From Alphaproteobacteria bacterium (lineage in GTDB: Bacteria > Pseudomonadota > Alphaproteobacteria > UBA828), in NCBI GenBank assembly GCA_965221125.1, contig CBDCRW010000003.1:487581-551580 (forward strand): a stretch of DNA of 64,000 nucleotides, read 5' to 3'. The notes beneath the pieces are model-generated. The model was given only the letters and a program-made list of their open reading frames with translations. It did no database searches and had not been told where the DNA came from. Positions 52,975-63,579 of this stretch are shown piece after piece (the first letter of the stretch is position 1; every line of letters begins with the position of its first letter). Made by a program: the position numbers and the translations under genes.

Positions 52975-54393
52975 TCAGCTTGTCCCCCACTCTGCCCACT
53001 TGTCCGGGTCCGCCCACTGCTGGCCCACCTCGACAAAGCCGCGGTCCCCGCGGACGCCGTGCTCGAACGGATCGTCGGTGGCCTCCATCCAGCGGTGCAG
53101 GCGCTGCTCCATCTCCCGCACGACCGGGCTCGCGGCCGCCGAATACGCCAGGTTGTCCATCTCCAGCGGGTCTTCCTGGCGGTCGAACAGCCAGGGGCTG
53201 CGCTCGTTGGCGTACCAGCGGGCATAGGTGTAGCGCGCCGTGCGCACGGCGCGCCAGCGCCCCACCCAGCCGTAGCGGTTGGGCCAGCCGTTGGCCATGT
53301 TCATCAGGTACACCGATTCGCTGGCGCCCGGGGCGTGCGGCGGGTCCGCGGGTACCGGCCGCCCGCGCCACACCGGCGACAGGTCGCGGCCCTGCAGGCC
53401 GGCCGGCAACGGCACGTCACACGCGCCGAGCAGGCTCGGCACGATGTCGATGGCGCCCATGAAGGCGTCGCTGCGCGTGCCCGGTGGGGTGTTGCCCGGC
53501 CAGCGAATGACGAACGGCACGTGGGCGGAATCCTCGTACGGCGTGGCCTTGGAGGCGCGGCGGGTGTGGTGCAGCCAGGTCTCGTTCGGCTTGCCGTAGC
53601 CGTGGGCGCGGATGTGGTCGCCGTGGTCCGAGGTGTAGCACACGATGGTGTCGTCGGCGACCTGCAGGCGGTCGAGCGCCGCCAGCAGGCGGCCCATCTC
53701 CACGTCGAGTCCGGTGCAGCAGGCGTAGTAGTCGGCCAGCTCGCGGCGGGCGTGGTCGGCCAGGGCCTCGGGCACGTTGGCCGGCAGATCGACCGTGGCC
53801 GGATCATAACGCTCGATGGAATCGGGAAACTGCTCGTACGGCCAGTGCGGGGGCCGCCACGACAGAAACAGGGCGAACGGGTCGTCCGGCCGCTCCCCGC
53901 GATGACGCTCCAGGTAGCGGATCGCCAGGTCCGTCTCCACGGTCGGCCCCCAGCCCGGGAAGGTGACCGGCCCGTGCTCGTTCTCGTAGTAGGCCTGATC
54001 GAAGTAGCCGCGGCCGATGCCGACCGCGGCCAGGTAGTCGATCCCGTACCTGCCTTCCTCGGTATACGGTCCCTTGCCGAGGTGGAAGGTGCCCACGTGA
54101 GCGGTGCCGTAGCCGTGCTCGCGCAAGGTTCCCGGCAGGGTGGGAATGTCGCGCCGCGGCCGGTACTCGTTGTCGATCACGCCATTGCGCCAGCCGAACT
54201 GGCCGGTGAGGAGAATCGCCCGGTACGGCGAGCACAGCGGGTGGTTGGAGAACATGTTGTCGCACACCATGCCCTCGGCTGCCATCCGGTCGAGCACGGG
54301 GGTACGCACGACCGGGTTGCCGTTGGCGCCGAGGGCGCTGTAGCGCTGCTGGTCCGAGAACACGAACACGATGTTGGGTCGACGCCTGCTCAT
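52975..54393 (-). CDS. Cys-type sulfatase
   Basis: PNIVFVFSDQQR, CSPYRAILLTG (CxPxR), PPHWP, TSDHGD. Confidence 0.94.
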   Translation of the reverse strand: MSRRRPNIVFVFSDQQRYSALGANGNPVVRTPVLDRMAAEGMVCDNMFSNHPLCSPYRAILLTGQFGWRNGVIDNEYRPRRDIPTLPGTLREHGYGTAHVGTFHLGKGPYTEEGRYGIDYLAAVGIGRGYFDQAYYENEHGPVTFPGWGPTVETDLAIRYLERHRGERPDDPFALFLSWRPPHWPYEQFPDSIERYDPATVDLPANVPEALADHARRELADYYACCTGLDVEMGRLLAALDRLQVADDTIVCYTSDHGDHIRAHGYGKPNETWLHHTRRASKATPYEDSAHVPFVIRWPGNTPPGTRSDAFMGAIDIVPSLLGACDVPLPAGLQGRDLSPVWRGRPVPADPPHAPGASESVYLMNMANGWPNRYGWVGRWRAVRTARYTYARWYANERSPWLFDRQEDPLEMDNLAYSAAASPVVREMEQRLHRWMEATDDPFEHGVRGDRGFVEVGQQWADPDKWAEWGTS

Positions 54394-54550
54394 GGGCGCA
54401 GCCTACCCGCAACGCCGCGGACGATGATACCGGTGCCAACGATCCCGCGGGAGTTGTACCCGATCCGGATCAGGTCGCCGTAGACCGATCTCAGATTACT
54501 CGGGAGGACAGATCCTCAGGCACTCACCCGGCTGCACGGAGTCGAGTGAA

Positions 54551-54634
54551 TTACTCGACCGTTTCGACCTCGACGTTCGCTTGGAAGTGAAGCCTGAGTC
54601 TGATCGGAATATCCTCGTCGAGCAGTACCCTCAC
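54551..54634 (-). pseudogene. DUF5615 PIN-like toxin, 27-codon N-terminal remnant
   Basis: GTG-RVLLDEDIPIRLRLHF..VETVE* directly after DUF433. Confidence 0.65.
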
Positions 54635-54644
54635 TCGATGACGG

Positions 54645-54884
54645 TCAGAGTCTCAGTTTTTCAATGCCGTCAGGTGAGAGTTCAAGGTACGACTCCACCT
54701 GCCACCGCTCGACGGTCGGAAAATCCCTCAGGAATTCTTCAACGGAATGATCGCTCTTGAGATAGTCGACAAGCGTATCTACCGGCACACGAGTCGCCGC
54801 GAACACCAAATCCCCGCTATGAATTTCGGGGTTACGAGAAACCACTCTACCAAGTTCTACGGAACCATCGCCCGTTTCACTCAT
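54645..54884 (-). CDS. DUF433 putative antitoxin
   Basis: NPEIHSG..VFAATRVPV..FL.DFPTV. Confidence 0.88.
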   Translation of the reverse strand: MSETGDGSVELGRVVSRNPEIHSGDLVFAATRVPVDTLVDYLKSDHSVEEFLRDFPTVERWQVESYLELSPDGIEKLRL

Positions 54885-55042
54885 GGAACGCCTTCGACTG
54901 GATCGTAGTCGAGAATACAGCGTCGATCAAGTTAGGTATTGGCGCGCTGACCTGGGGCGGTCATACTTCGTCACCAGTTCGTCAGAATCAGTCTGGACGC
55001 TTCTGGTACCGGATCCTGCAGCACGACCTTGGAGGGCTTACC

Positions 55043-56986
55043 ATGATCACTACGACGGGCATGCGGCTGCGGCGCATCGAGGCCGGTTCGTTCCTGATGG
55101 GAAACGACCGGCCGCTGCCCGACGCGCTGCTGTCACCCTCCTGCTTCCGCCACGGCGATTTCGACGAACGCCCCGAGCATCGGGTAACCGTCACCAGGCC
55201 GTTCTACCTGGCGGAGTGCCAGGTGACCAACACCCAATACGAGATGTTCGACCCGACGCACCGGGAGCTGCGCGGCAAGCTGGGGTTCTCAAGTGATGAC
55301 GACGAAGCGGTGGTGTTCGTGAGCTGGCATGACGCCGCCGCCTACTGCCGCTGGCTTTCCGAGTGCGAGGGCGCCGAGCTCCGCCTGCCCACCGAGGCGG
55401 AGTGGGAGTACGCATGCCGGGCCGGCTCCTCGACGCCGTTCTGCAGTGGAGATGCACCGCCGCCGGGGGTGGCAAAGAACCAACGCCGCACCTGGTTTCC
55501 CGACCCGTCGCGCACCACCGGGGACAACGTCGTCCCGCTCCACGTCGGCCGCACGCCCCCCAACCCGTGGGGACTGTTCGACATGCATGGCAACGTCGAG
55601 GAGTGGTGCATGGACTGGTACGGCCCCTACCTCGACCGCGATGCCAGCGACCCCACCGGCCCACCCGATGGCGATTTCCGGGTCACCCGCGGCGGCAGCC
55701 ACTCGACGGAGCCCTATTACCTCCGGTCGGCCAACCGTGCGGCGGCGCTGCCGGAAGAACGCAACTGGCTGACCGGGTTCCGGGTCGTGTGTGCCGACTA
55801 CCCGGTGCCGCCGAGGCCGGCGCGCAGGGCGCCGGTGGAGTTGCACGGCTCGAATGTCCTGCAGACTACCGCACCCTCAGCGCCGGGCAGCGACGAGACA
55901 CCGTTCTTCCGCGGGCCGGTTCGCTACGTGCACATACCTCCCCGCTCCTACGGCCCCCTGTTCAGCACCCACAACCACGATCCGGCGATCTGCCAGTGTC
56001 CCAACGGCGACCTGCTGGCCATCTGGTATTCGTGCGTCGAGGAACCCGGCCGCGAACTGGGCATACTGGCCAGCCGTCTGCGCGCCGGAGCCGGTTCCTG
56101 GGAACCGGCGTCGGTGTTCTGGGACGCCCCCGACCGCAACGACCACGCGCCTGCCCTGCTCTGCGACGGAGGACGCGTGTACCACTTCAACGGCATGTCG
56201 GCCGCCGCCACCTGGGGGCCGCTGCGGACCATCCTGCGCACCTCCGACGACAGCGGCGCCACCTGGAGCCAGGCCAGGTACATCAGCGGCGAGCATGGCC
56301 CGCGCCAGATGCCGATCGCGGCGGCGTTCACGCTCCGCGACGCAACCCTCGTGCTGCCGTGCGACGCGGTCAGCATCGGCGATGGGGGAACCGCGTTGTG
56401 GATGAGCACCGACGGCGGCGAGACGTGGCACGACGCCGGCGGCACCATCGCCGGCATCCACGCATCGGCGGTGGAGCTCGCCGACGGCAGGTTGCTGGCA
56501 TTCGGTCGCGGCGACGAGGTGGACGGGACCCTGGCGATGAGCGTTTCCGCGGACCGCGGCAAGACGTGGAGCTACTCCGCCAGTCCGTTTCCCCCCATCG
56601 GCGGCTCGCAGCGGCTGGTGCTCAAGCGCCTGCGTGGCACCTGCAGCGCCGGCACCGATCCGATTCTCCTCGTCTCCTTCGCCAATGCAGTGGCGGAGTC
56701 GGATGGCGCCTTCACCGTCGTCGACGCCGGCGGCCGCAGGGCAGTTTGCGGCATGTACTGCGCGCTATCCTTCGACGACGGCGAGACCTGGCCGTTTCGC
56801 CGCCTGGTAAGCGACGGCGGACCCGACCGCGTCATCGAAGCGATGGATGGAGTCCCGTGCCTGATGGGCCCCGGAAACGCCGAGGTGAACGGCTATCTCA
56901 CCGCCTGCCAGTCCGCCGACGGCCGCGTCCAACTCATCAGCAGCAGCAATCACTACTCGTTCAACCTGGCCTGGCTTGTGGACTAG
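55043..56986 (+). CDS. FGE-sulfatase (CLec-fold) domain fused to a BNR/Asp-box sialidase-like propeller
   Basis: FLMG, VSWHDA..YCRWL, RLPTEAEWEYACR, NPWGLFDMHGNVEEW, RGGS; Asp-boxes SDDSGATW, STDGGETW, SADRGKTW, SFDDGETW. Confidence 0.88.
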   Translation: MITTTGMRLRRIEAGSFLMGNDRPLPDALLSPSCFRHGDFDERPEHRVTVTRPFYLAECQVTNTQYEMFDPTHRELRGKLGFSSDDDEAVVFVSWHDAAAYCRWLSECEGAELRLPTEAEWEYACRAGSSTPFCSGDAPPPGVAKNQRRTWFPDPSRTTGDNVVPLHVGRTPPNPWGLFDMHGNVEEWCMDWYGPYLDRDASDPTGPPDGDFRVTRGGSHSTEPYYLRSANRAAALPEERNWLTGFRVVCADYPVPPRPARRAPVELHGSNVLQTTAPSAPGSDETPFFRGPVRYVHIPPRSYGPLFSTHNHDPAICQCPNGDLLAIWYSCVEEPGRELGILASRLRAGAGSWEPASVFWDAPDRNDHAPALLCDGGRVYHFNGMSAAATWGPLRTILRTSDDSGATWSQARYISGEHGPRQMPIAAAFTLRDATLVLPCDAVSIGDGGTALWMSTDGGETWHDAGGTIAGIHASAVELADGRLLAFGRGDEVDGTLAMSVSADRGKTWSYSASPFPPIGGSQRLVLKRLRGTCSAGTDPILLVSFANAVAESDGAFTVVDAGGRRAVCGMYCALSFDDGETWPFRRLVSDGGPDRVIEAMDGVPCLMGPGNAEVNGYLTACQSADGRVQLISSSNHYSFNLAWLVD

Positions 56987-58153
56987 TGAGCACGGCCGGC
57001 GCGAGGTCGCCGATGGAGCCGCCGAGCGCGTCGTCGGAACGGGTACCGTTCGCGGCCGCGGTGTGCGCCCGGGTCGGCACCGGGGTGTCGTACTGGTAGT
57101 CGGGATCCGTGCGCTGGCGCACCCAGGCGACGCGCATTTCGCGCCAGGCGCCGATGAGGGTGCGCGGCGGCGGGCAGTCGGCGGCGATCTCGCGGCTGAG
57201 CTTTCGCAGGTTGTAGCACGGTACGCCGGCGTACATGTGATGCTCCATGTGCCAGTTCATGCGCCAGTACAGGAACGAGGACAGCGGGTCGATCCTGATG
57301 CTGCGCACGCACTTGCGGAAGTCGGCGATATTGTCGCGCAGGCCGCAGTGCATGGGCATGAACACCAGGTAGCGCCACCAGTTGGCTGCCGCCGCCGGCA
57401 GGCTGATCAGCAGCGGCAACAGCCACAGCCCGGAGGCGATCGCCACCACCAGCACCGCGCCGTGGAACAGCAGCAGGATCTGCGCCCAGCGTACCGATTT
57501 GCGCCGCTCTTCGGGGTGCGCCTGGTACAGGGCGCCGATCCACTCCTGGGCGCGCACCCCAACCGGCTCGGTGTCGCCGACCGTGTCCGCTCGCAGCGGC
57601 AACCCGAGCGCCGCGGTCACGGTGTAGCGGAGGATCGGCCACAAGCCGCGACACATCGGCCCGCCGGTGATGTTGATCGTCAGCAATTGCAGCACGTAGA
57701 GCCAGCGCAGCGTCGGCGACTGCGGCAGCACTACCTCGCGATCGCCGTCCGGATGCAGCGTGTAGCGGTGGTGGTAGGTGTGGCTGAGAGCGTAGTCATG
57801 AAAGTTGAACCAAGCCAGCAACGAGTAAACGCGCAGGAAGATGCGGTTGAGCCGCTTGGTCTTGAACACGGTGCCGTGGTCCAGCTCGTGACAGGCGGCG
57901 CTGAGGAAGCTGCCGACTGTGCAATGGAGGTAGAGCGCCACCACGAAGCCGACCACGCCTGCTGCAGGAACAGGTACCAGGTGAGCGTCGCAGTGGCGGC
58001 CAACAGCGCCAGGTTGCCCCCCGCTTGCAGCCAGCCCTGCAGGTCGCTGCGCTGCATCAGGCGGCGCAGTACCGGTGGCTCGATCGGGCTGCGATACCAG
58101 CGCACGCGCATCGTGCGGGTTACCTGGTTCAGCGGTTGGCGGACAGCCGTCAT
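56961..58153 (-). pseudogene. Fatty-acid-desaturase-family membrane di-iron enzyme, frameshift near 57960
   Basis: His boxes HELDH, HTYHH, HMEHH; N-terminal WYRSPI..LMQRSDLQG lies in another frame. Confidence 0.8.
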
Positions 58154-58223
58154 GGTTCCAACGACCAACTCTATCGGAACACTCCGCACCGCGCAACTCC
58201 AAGTGCATCACGAGCATCACGAT

Positions 58224-58256
58224 TGTCAAATTTGCTTTTGGATCGTAAATTTGACA
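58224..58256. promoter_or_regulatory. Inverted-repeat operator-like site upstream of the AAA_14-DUF4143 gene
   Basis: TGTCAAATTT-N13-AAATTTGACA, perfect 10-bp arms, ending 3 bp before ATG 58260. Confidence 0.6.
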
Positions 58257-58259
58257 CCT

Positions 58260-59451
58260 ATGCTGCGGCGGACGCTGCATACGTACCTGGTTCGTGACGC
58301 GGGCTACTATCCGGTCGTCACGCTCACCGGCCCGCGCCAATAGGGCAAGACCACGCTGGCCCGGGCGGCCTTTCCGGCGTTCGATTACGTAACTCTCGAG
58401 GACACCGAGTCGCGCCGCTTTTGCGCGTGAGGATCCGCACGGCTTCCTGGACCGCTATCGGCCGCCGGTGATCATCGACGAGGTGCAGCGCGTCCCCGAT
58501 CTGCCTTCGGCGATCCAGGTCGCCGTCGACCACCCCGAGCACACCGGGAATTACATCCTGACGGGATCGCAGAACCTCCTGTTGATGCGCGACATCTCGC
58601 AGTCGTTGGCCGGGCGCACCGGAGTCCTCCACCTGCTGCCGCTGTCCCGCGCGGAGTTGGAGGGGCAGGTGCCGGCCGTTCCCGATCCCTCCGCCGGCCT
58701 GTTCGCCAACCGGGACACGCAACTCGAACGCTGGCGTACCGTGCGCACCGGCTTCTACCCGCGCATCCACGACCGCGGCATACCCCCTGAGGTCTGGCTT
58801 CCCGACTACGTGCAGACCTACCTGGCGCGCGACGTTCGGACGCTGGCGAATGTCGGCGACGTGGAGACGTTCGAACGCTTCCTGATGCTGATGGCGGGGC
58901 GGGTCGGTCAGATTCTCAACTACTCGTCCCTGGCCAACGACTGCGGGGTGGCGGTGGACACCGCGCGGCGCTGGACATCGGTGCTGGCTACCAGCTTCGT
59001 GATCCACCTGCTACGGCCCTATCATCGCAACTACAACAAGCGCCTGGTGAAGAGCCCCAAGGTCTACTTCGTCGACACCGGCCTCGCCTGCCACCTGCTC
59101 GGCGTCAGCGATGAGCGGCAGTTGGTCACCCACCCCCTGCGCGGGTCGCTGTTCGAGAACTACATCGTCGGCGAGGTGATCAAGGCGTATCGCCACCACC
59201 GGCTGCAGCCGCCGCTGTACTTCTGGCGCGACCGCACCGGCCACGAGGTCGATCTGGAGATCGAGCATGCCGGAACGCCGTACCCGATCGAGATCAAGTC
59301 GGCGCAGACCGTGGCGCCGGAACTGGCCGCCGGCCTGCGCTGGTGGTGCCGCCACACCGGCGTTGTCACCGATCGCGCCACGCTCCTGTACGGCGGTGAC
59401 GACCGCCAGCGCCGCGACGGAATCGCGGTGCGTCCCTGGTTCGCCATCTAG
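58260..59451 (+). pseudogene. AAA_14 ATPase + DUF4143 protein; TAG inside Walker A and a frameshift in a T-run near 58420
   Basis: TGPRQ*GKTT, IIDEVQ, ILTGSQ, KSPKVYFVDTGL, FENY, EVD..IEIK. Confidence 0.85.
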
Positions 59452-59636
59452 CATACGCGGCCTCGATCCGATGACGATCACCTCGTGCTCGCCGACGACG
59501 GCGCCAATCCCGCCGAACACCGTCATGCCCCCCGTCGGCGTGCATGCTACTCTATCACGCAAGGCCCCTGGGACGGGGCCAATTGGTGACCGAGGTCTGG
59601 TGGTAAACCAGGAGGCCAGACCTCAAGGAGCAGTTT

Positions 59637-61340
59637 ATGAATGATGTTTGCAGGTACAAGTTTCTCGTAATCGACGATCTCGATCTACTGGAGACACACA
59701 ATCTTCAGCGCAAGGTTAATCAGGCGGAAAAACACCCCGAGCCGGTGGTCAAACTGGACGCCCCGTGGGATGTGGACAAGTCCGATTCGTTCAACTATAT
59801 CAACGTCATCTATGATCATGACGAGAAGCTTTTCAAGATGTGGTATGTCGTTACGGGTATCAGGCCGGGCGAATACTGGGAGCGGGGAAGAAAGACCGCC
59901 TATGCTACCAGCACCGACGGCATCCACTGGGAGAAGCCGATCCTCAATCTGGTGGAGATAAACGGCTCCAAGGAGAACAACTACATATTCCCCGAGATGC
60001 TCTCCCTCAACTACAACATCATCGACGATCCCAGTGACATCCCCGCGCGCCGCTACAAGATGATTTTCGACGTGGAAAGCAGGGAAGACCGCTGGGCGGG
60101 TTATCACGTACCATTGTGCCTGGCCTACTCCCACGACGGCATCCGCTGGGAACGGCCCAAGCACGTGAACCCGGTACTGCGCGGTGTCAGCGACGATCTC
60201 TGGGGATTGATCTATGACCGCGACCGGCGCAAGTACCTGCTGTTCACCCGGCGCGTGCCGAATGTCCCACGTGACCTCTCTCTGTATGAGAGTCATGACC
60301 TGATCGACTGGGTGGACCGGGGCCGCGTCCTGGTCCCTGATGAACACGATCCTCCCGAGATGTACAATCTGCATGGACTGGCGCCGTTCTTCTACGAGGA
60401 TTTCTGTCTGGGCATGTTGGGGACGATGTACTTTCTCCCCGGAGCGGAACTGCACAGCGTATATTACCCACCACCGGAGAGTGTAACATTCGAGCAAGTA
60501 GGTGCGCTCGAAGTGCAACTGGCCTACAGTCGAGATGGACGAGAATGGTCAAGGCCGACGGACCGGTCACCGGTCGTTCCAGCGGGCACGGGGGGAGACC
60601 GGGACAGGATCATTTTTCCTGCCAGGAACGGTCCTGTAGTGCTCAATGGCGACACCTGGATCTACTATAACGCCAACTCCTACCTCCACACTTCCTGGTC
60701 CCAGGAAGAGTATCTGGCTCAATCTGGCGGGGATGCGCGAGGATCGTCCAACTGCTTTCTGGCCAAAATGCCGGAGGATCACTGGGTCTCCCTCGACGCC
60801 GGAAGCAGCGAAGGATTCTTTGTCGCCAAGCCCTGGAGTCCACCTCAGGAGATATTGCTGAACGCCGATGCCGGGGGCGGCTCGGTCGAGGTTGAGCTGC
60901 TAAGCCCGTACGGCGCGCCGATCCCCAATTTCACCCGGAGCGATTGTGTCCCGATCACGGCCAATGGCAAGGATCAGCAGGTAACGTGGAAGTCCGGCCG
61001 CTCTCCGCTGGAGTTCCGCGAGGACTATCGCGGTGGCGTACTGGCGAAGTTCTATCTCAAGAACGCAAAGCTCTATTCCTACACCTTCACGCTGCCCGAT
61101 CCCGACGGCCGCCTCGAACGCGACCGCCAGAACGCCCGCTGGAATGAGATCATCACCCACCGCAGCGACGTTCCGGGTAGAGCCAGCACCGAAGCGGCCG
61201 ATGGTCCTGCGCCGGTGTGGAAGACCCAGACCAGGCACTACCGCAACGTGGAAAAAGCACCGCGTCCCAACAATCCGTCCTGGGAAGCCGGCTTCCTCGC
61301 GGTCGAGGAAGGCCAGCGTGGGGAGGACGAGGAGACATAA
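59637..61340 (+). CDS. Five-bladed beta-propeller glycosidase-like hypothetical protein
   Basis: FKMWY, YATSTDGIHWEKP, AYSHDGIRW, ESHDLIDW, AYSRDGREW, C-terminal LLNADA..VEL..SDC beta-sandwich; AAGGAG ribosome site. Confidence 0.7.
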   Translation: MNDVCRYKFLVIDDLDLLETHNLQRKVNQAEKHPEPVVKLDAPWDVDKSDSFNYINVIYDHDEKLFKMWYVVTGIRPGEYWERGRKTAYATSTDGIHWEKPILNLVEINGSKENNYIFPEMLSLNYNIIDDPSDIPARRYKMIFDVESREDRWAGYHVPLCLAYSHDGIRWERPKHVNPVLRGVSDDLWGLIYDRDRRKYLLFTRRVPNVPRDLSLYESHDLIDWVDRGRVLVPDEHDPPEMYNLHGLAPFFYEDFCLGMLGTMYFLPGAELHSVYYPPPESVTFEQVGALEVQLAYSRDGREWSRPTDRSPVVPAGTGGDRDRIIFPARNGPVVLNGDTWIYYNANSYLHTSWSQEEYLAQSGGDARGSSNCFLAKMPEDHWVSLDAGSSEGFFVAKPWSPPQEILLNADAGGGSVEVELLSPYGAPIPNFTRSDCVPITANGKDQQVTWKSGRSPLEFREDYRGGVLAKFYLKNAKLYSYTFTLPDPDGRLERDRQNARWNEIITHRSDVPGRASTEAADGPAPVWKTQTRHYRNVEKAPRPNNPSWEAGFLAVEEGQRGEDEET

Positions 61341-61781
61341 AATCGGCACCGGTGAACCCGGTGGACTCCAGCGCAAGGACTGTCTGGCAGCGGTCCCGGA
61401 AGTGGTGTGCGAGCAGTCCCGGCGACGGCACCACGTGGTGCTGCGGGTGTTGGCGCCGGACAGGTAGCGGGACCGCTGACTCTCCCGAGCCGCAAGCCAT
61501 CGGAACATGCCGTGGCACCGAGCACCATCAGCCACGCAAAGCCGACTTCGAAGAAGGACGCCAGCAGAGTGAGAGCGGCGGGTTGGCCGACAGCGGCGAG
61601 TTATAGGACCGGGAAATCGCGGTTGCCAACGCGCCCGGCGAGCAGATATTCCCAGGCGAGCTGGAGACGGCGCTAGGCATCCTCGCGGAAGGCGGCGAAG
61701 TCGACTACGTCGGCGGTAGAGCTGGTGGGAGCGGGGCGAGAGCGCCGGCAACTACCGGCAGAAGGTAATGAAGGAGTTCTT

Positions 61782-62942
61782 ATGTCTCGTTCCGGCAAGA
61801 TCCTGACCAGCTTCACCGGCTTGGTGGTCGTGGTCGTAGTCGTGGTGTGCGCGGCGGCGTGGTACTACGCGAGTGCAATCGAGGAACAGGCGCTCGCGGT
61901 CGAGCACGAACCGGACCCCTTCGACCTCCGAGTCGCATCGGTCGAAGGAGGACGGATTACGCTTGAAACCGCGGCGGAACCAGCGTCGAAAGGGCGCTGG
62001 GCCGAGCCCGGGATCTGGGGCCTGGAGTCCGCCGGCACCTACAATCAGGTGGGGCCTATCGTCGAAGCTGGCGACAGCTCGGTGGTGCGGGAGCTGATCG
62101 CGCTGGGGGCGCTGCCGCGAGTGGGAGAGCCGGTCCGCATCAACCGGGATGCCTTTCCGCGCGACCCGTGGCTCGCGTACGGGATCGAGTTCGAGGAGGT
62201 GGGGGTGCCGGCGGCCTTGGGGACGTTTCCGGCTTGGCAGACGCGCGGCGAGTCGGACGCCTGGGCGATACTGGTGCACGGCAAGGGAGCGGAACGTACC
62301 GAGTGCCTGAGGATTCTCCCGATGTTGGTCGAGCAGGGGTACTCCACGCTGACGATCACGTACCGCAACGACGAAGGGTTGCCCGCGAGCCCGACCGGGT
62401 ACTATCAGTTCGGGGCGGAAGAGTGGGAGGATCTGGAGGCTGCCGCGGAGTACGCGCTGGCAGCCGGAGCGAGCGAACTGATTCTGGTCGGATACAGCAT
62501 GGGCGGGGCGATAGCGATCAGCTTCCTGAACAACTCGGCAGCCGCGGACCGCGTGAAGGGAGTGATACTCGATAGCCCGGCCCTCGACTTTGAGGCGCTG
62601 ATCGACCACGGGGCGACTCGGCAGATCCCGGGCGGAGAGCCGCTGCGGAGCGCGTTGACGGATCTGGCGATGTACGTGGCAGCGCAGCGATTCGGGATCG
62701 ACTATCGAACGATGGACCACCTTGAGGGTGTGGAAGCGCTGTCGGTTCCGGTGTTGCTGTTCCACGGGAGCGACGACACCCGGGTGCCGGTATGGCTCAG
62801 CGACCGGCTCGCCGAGGCGCGGCCCGATATCGTCCAGTACGAGGTCTTCGACGGCGCCATCCACTTGGGGGCCTGGAATCAGGACCGGGAGCGGTACGAG
62901 CACGCCGTGCGCCATTTCCTGGCAGGCATGGAACAGCCATAA
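61782..62942 (+). CDS. Membrane-anchored alpha/beta hydrolase
   Basis: N-terminal TM, LVHG, GYSMGG nucleophile, HGSDD..VP, catalytic His in GAIH. Confidence 0.9.
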   Translation: MSRSGKILTSFTGLVVVVVVVVCAAAWYYASAIEEQALAVEHEPDPFDLRVASVEGGRITLETAAEPASKGRWAEPGIWGLESAGTYNQVGPIVEAGDSSVVRELIALGALPRVGEPVRINRDAFPRDPWLAYGIEFEEVGVPAALGTFPAWQTRGESDAWAILVHGKGAERTECLRILPMLVEQGYSTLTITYRNDEGLPASPTGYYQFGAEEWEDLEAAAEYALAAGASELILVGYSMGGAIAISFLNNSAAADRVKGVILDSPALDFEALIDHGATRQIPGGEPLRSALTDLAMYVAAQRFGIDYRTMDHLEGVEALSVPVLLFHGSDDTRVPVWLSDRLAEARPDIVQYEVFDGAIHLGAWNQDRERYEHAVRHFLAGMEQP

Positions 62943-63087
62943 CAGCGCCCGCCCTCGCCGCCCAGATGGAGCGTGCCGGCTTGGTGGAGGCGGATCAATG
63001 GTCTCGCGACGATCCAGGTACTGTCGTCGAAGAACAGCAGCTCTCTCTCGCTCGATCGCCCGCCCAGTATAAGTCGGGCGTGGCGTG

Positions 63088-63575
63088 GTTATCTCCCTGT
63101 CGTCGCTGCTGTTCGTGTGGATCGTCGCCTTTCCGGTGGGCATCTACTCCGCGGTGCGCCAGTATTCGGTGGGCGACTACGCGGCGACGTTTCTTAGCTA
63201 CATCGGGCTCGCCACGCCCAACTTCCTGCTCGCCCTCATCCTGATGTACGTGGCATTTCGCTATCTCGGGCTCGATATCGGCGGCCTGTTCTCGGTCGAG
63301 TACCGGGAGGCGCCGTGGTCGTTGGCCAAGGTTCTCGACCTGCTGGAGCACCTGTGGGTGCCGACGGTGGTGCTGGGCACCGCAGGCACCGCGGGGCTGG
63401 TGCGAATCATGCGGGCCAACCTGCTGGATGAGCTGCGCAAGCAGTACGTCATCACGGCGCGTGCCAAGGGGCTGGCCGAGACCACCCTGATCATGAAGTA
63501 CCCGGTGCGCGTGGCCCTCAACCCCTTTATCAGCACCGTGGGCTGGACGCTGCCGACGCTGATCTCCGGCGGCGG
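63088..63575 (+). pseudogene. DppB/OppB permease internal fragment
   Basis: GIYSAVRQYSVGDY, LATPNFLLAL, RIMRANLLDEL..YVITARAKGL; truncated at both ends. Confidence 0.8.
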
Positions 63576-63579
63576 GCTG

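Noticed and set aside
55043-55800. FGE/CLec domain as a diversity-generating retroelement target
   Set aside because: The domain is N-terminal, and no template repeat or reverse transcriptase is visible in the window.
61345-61740. Possible gene between the propeller and hydrolase genes
   Set aside because: Only stop-interrupted, unrecognisable coding-like text.
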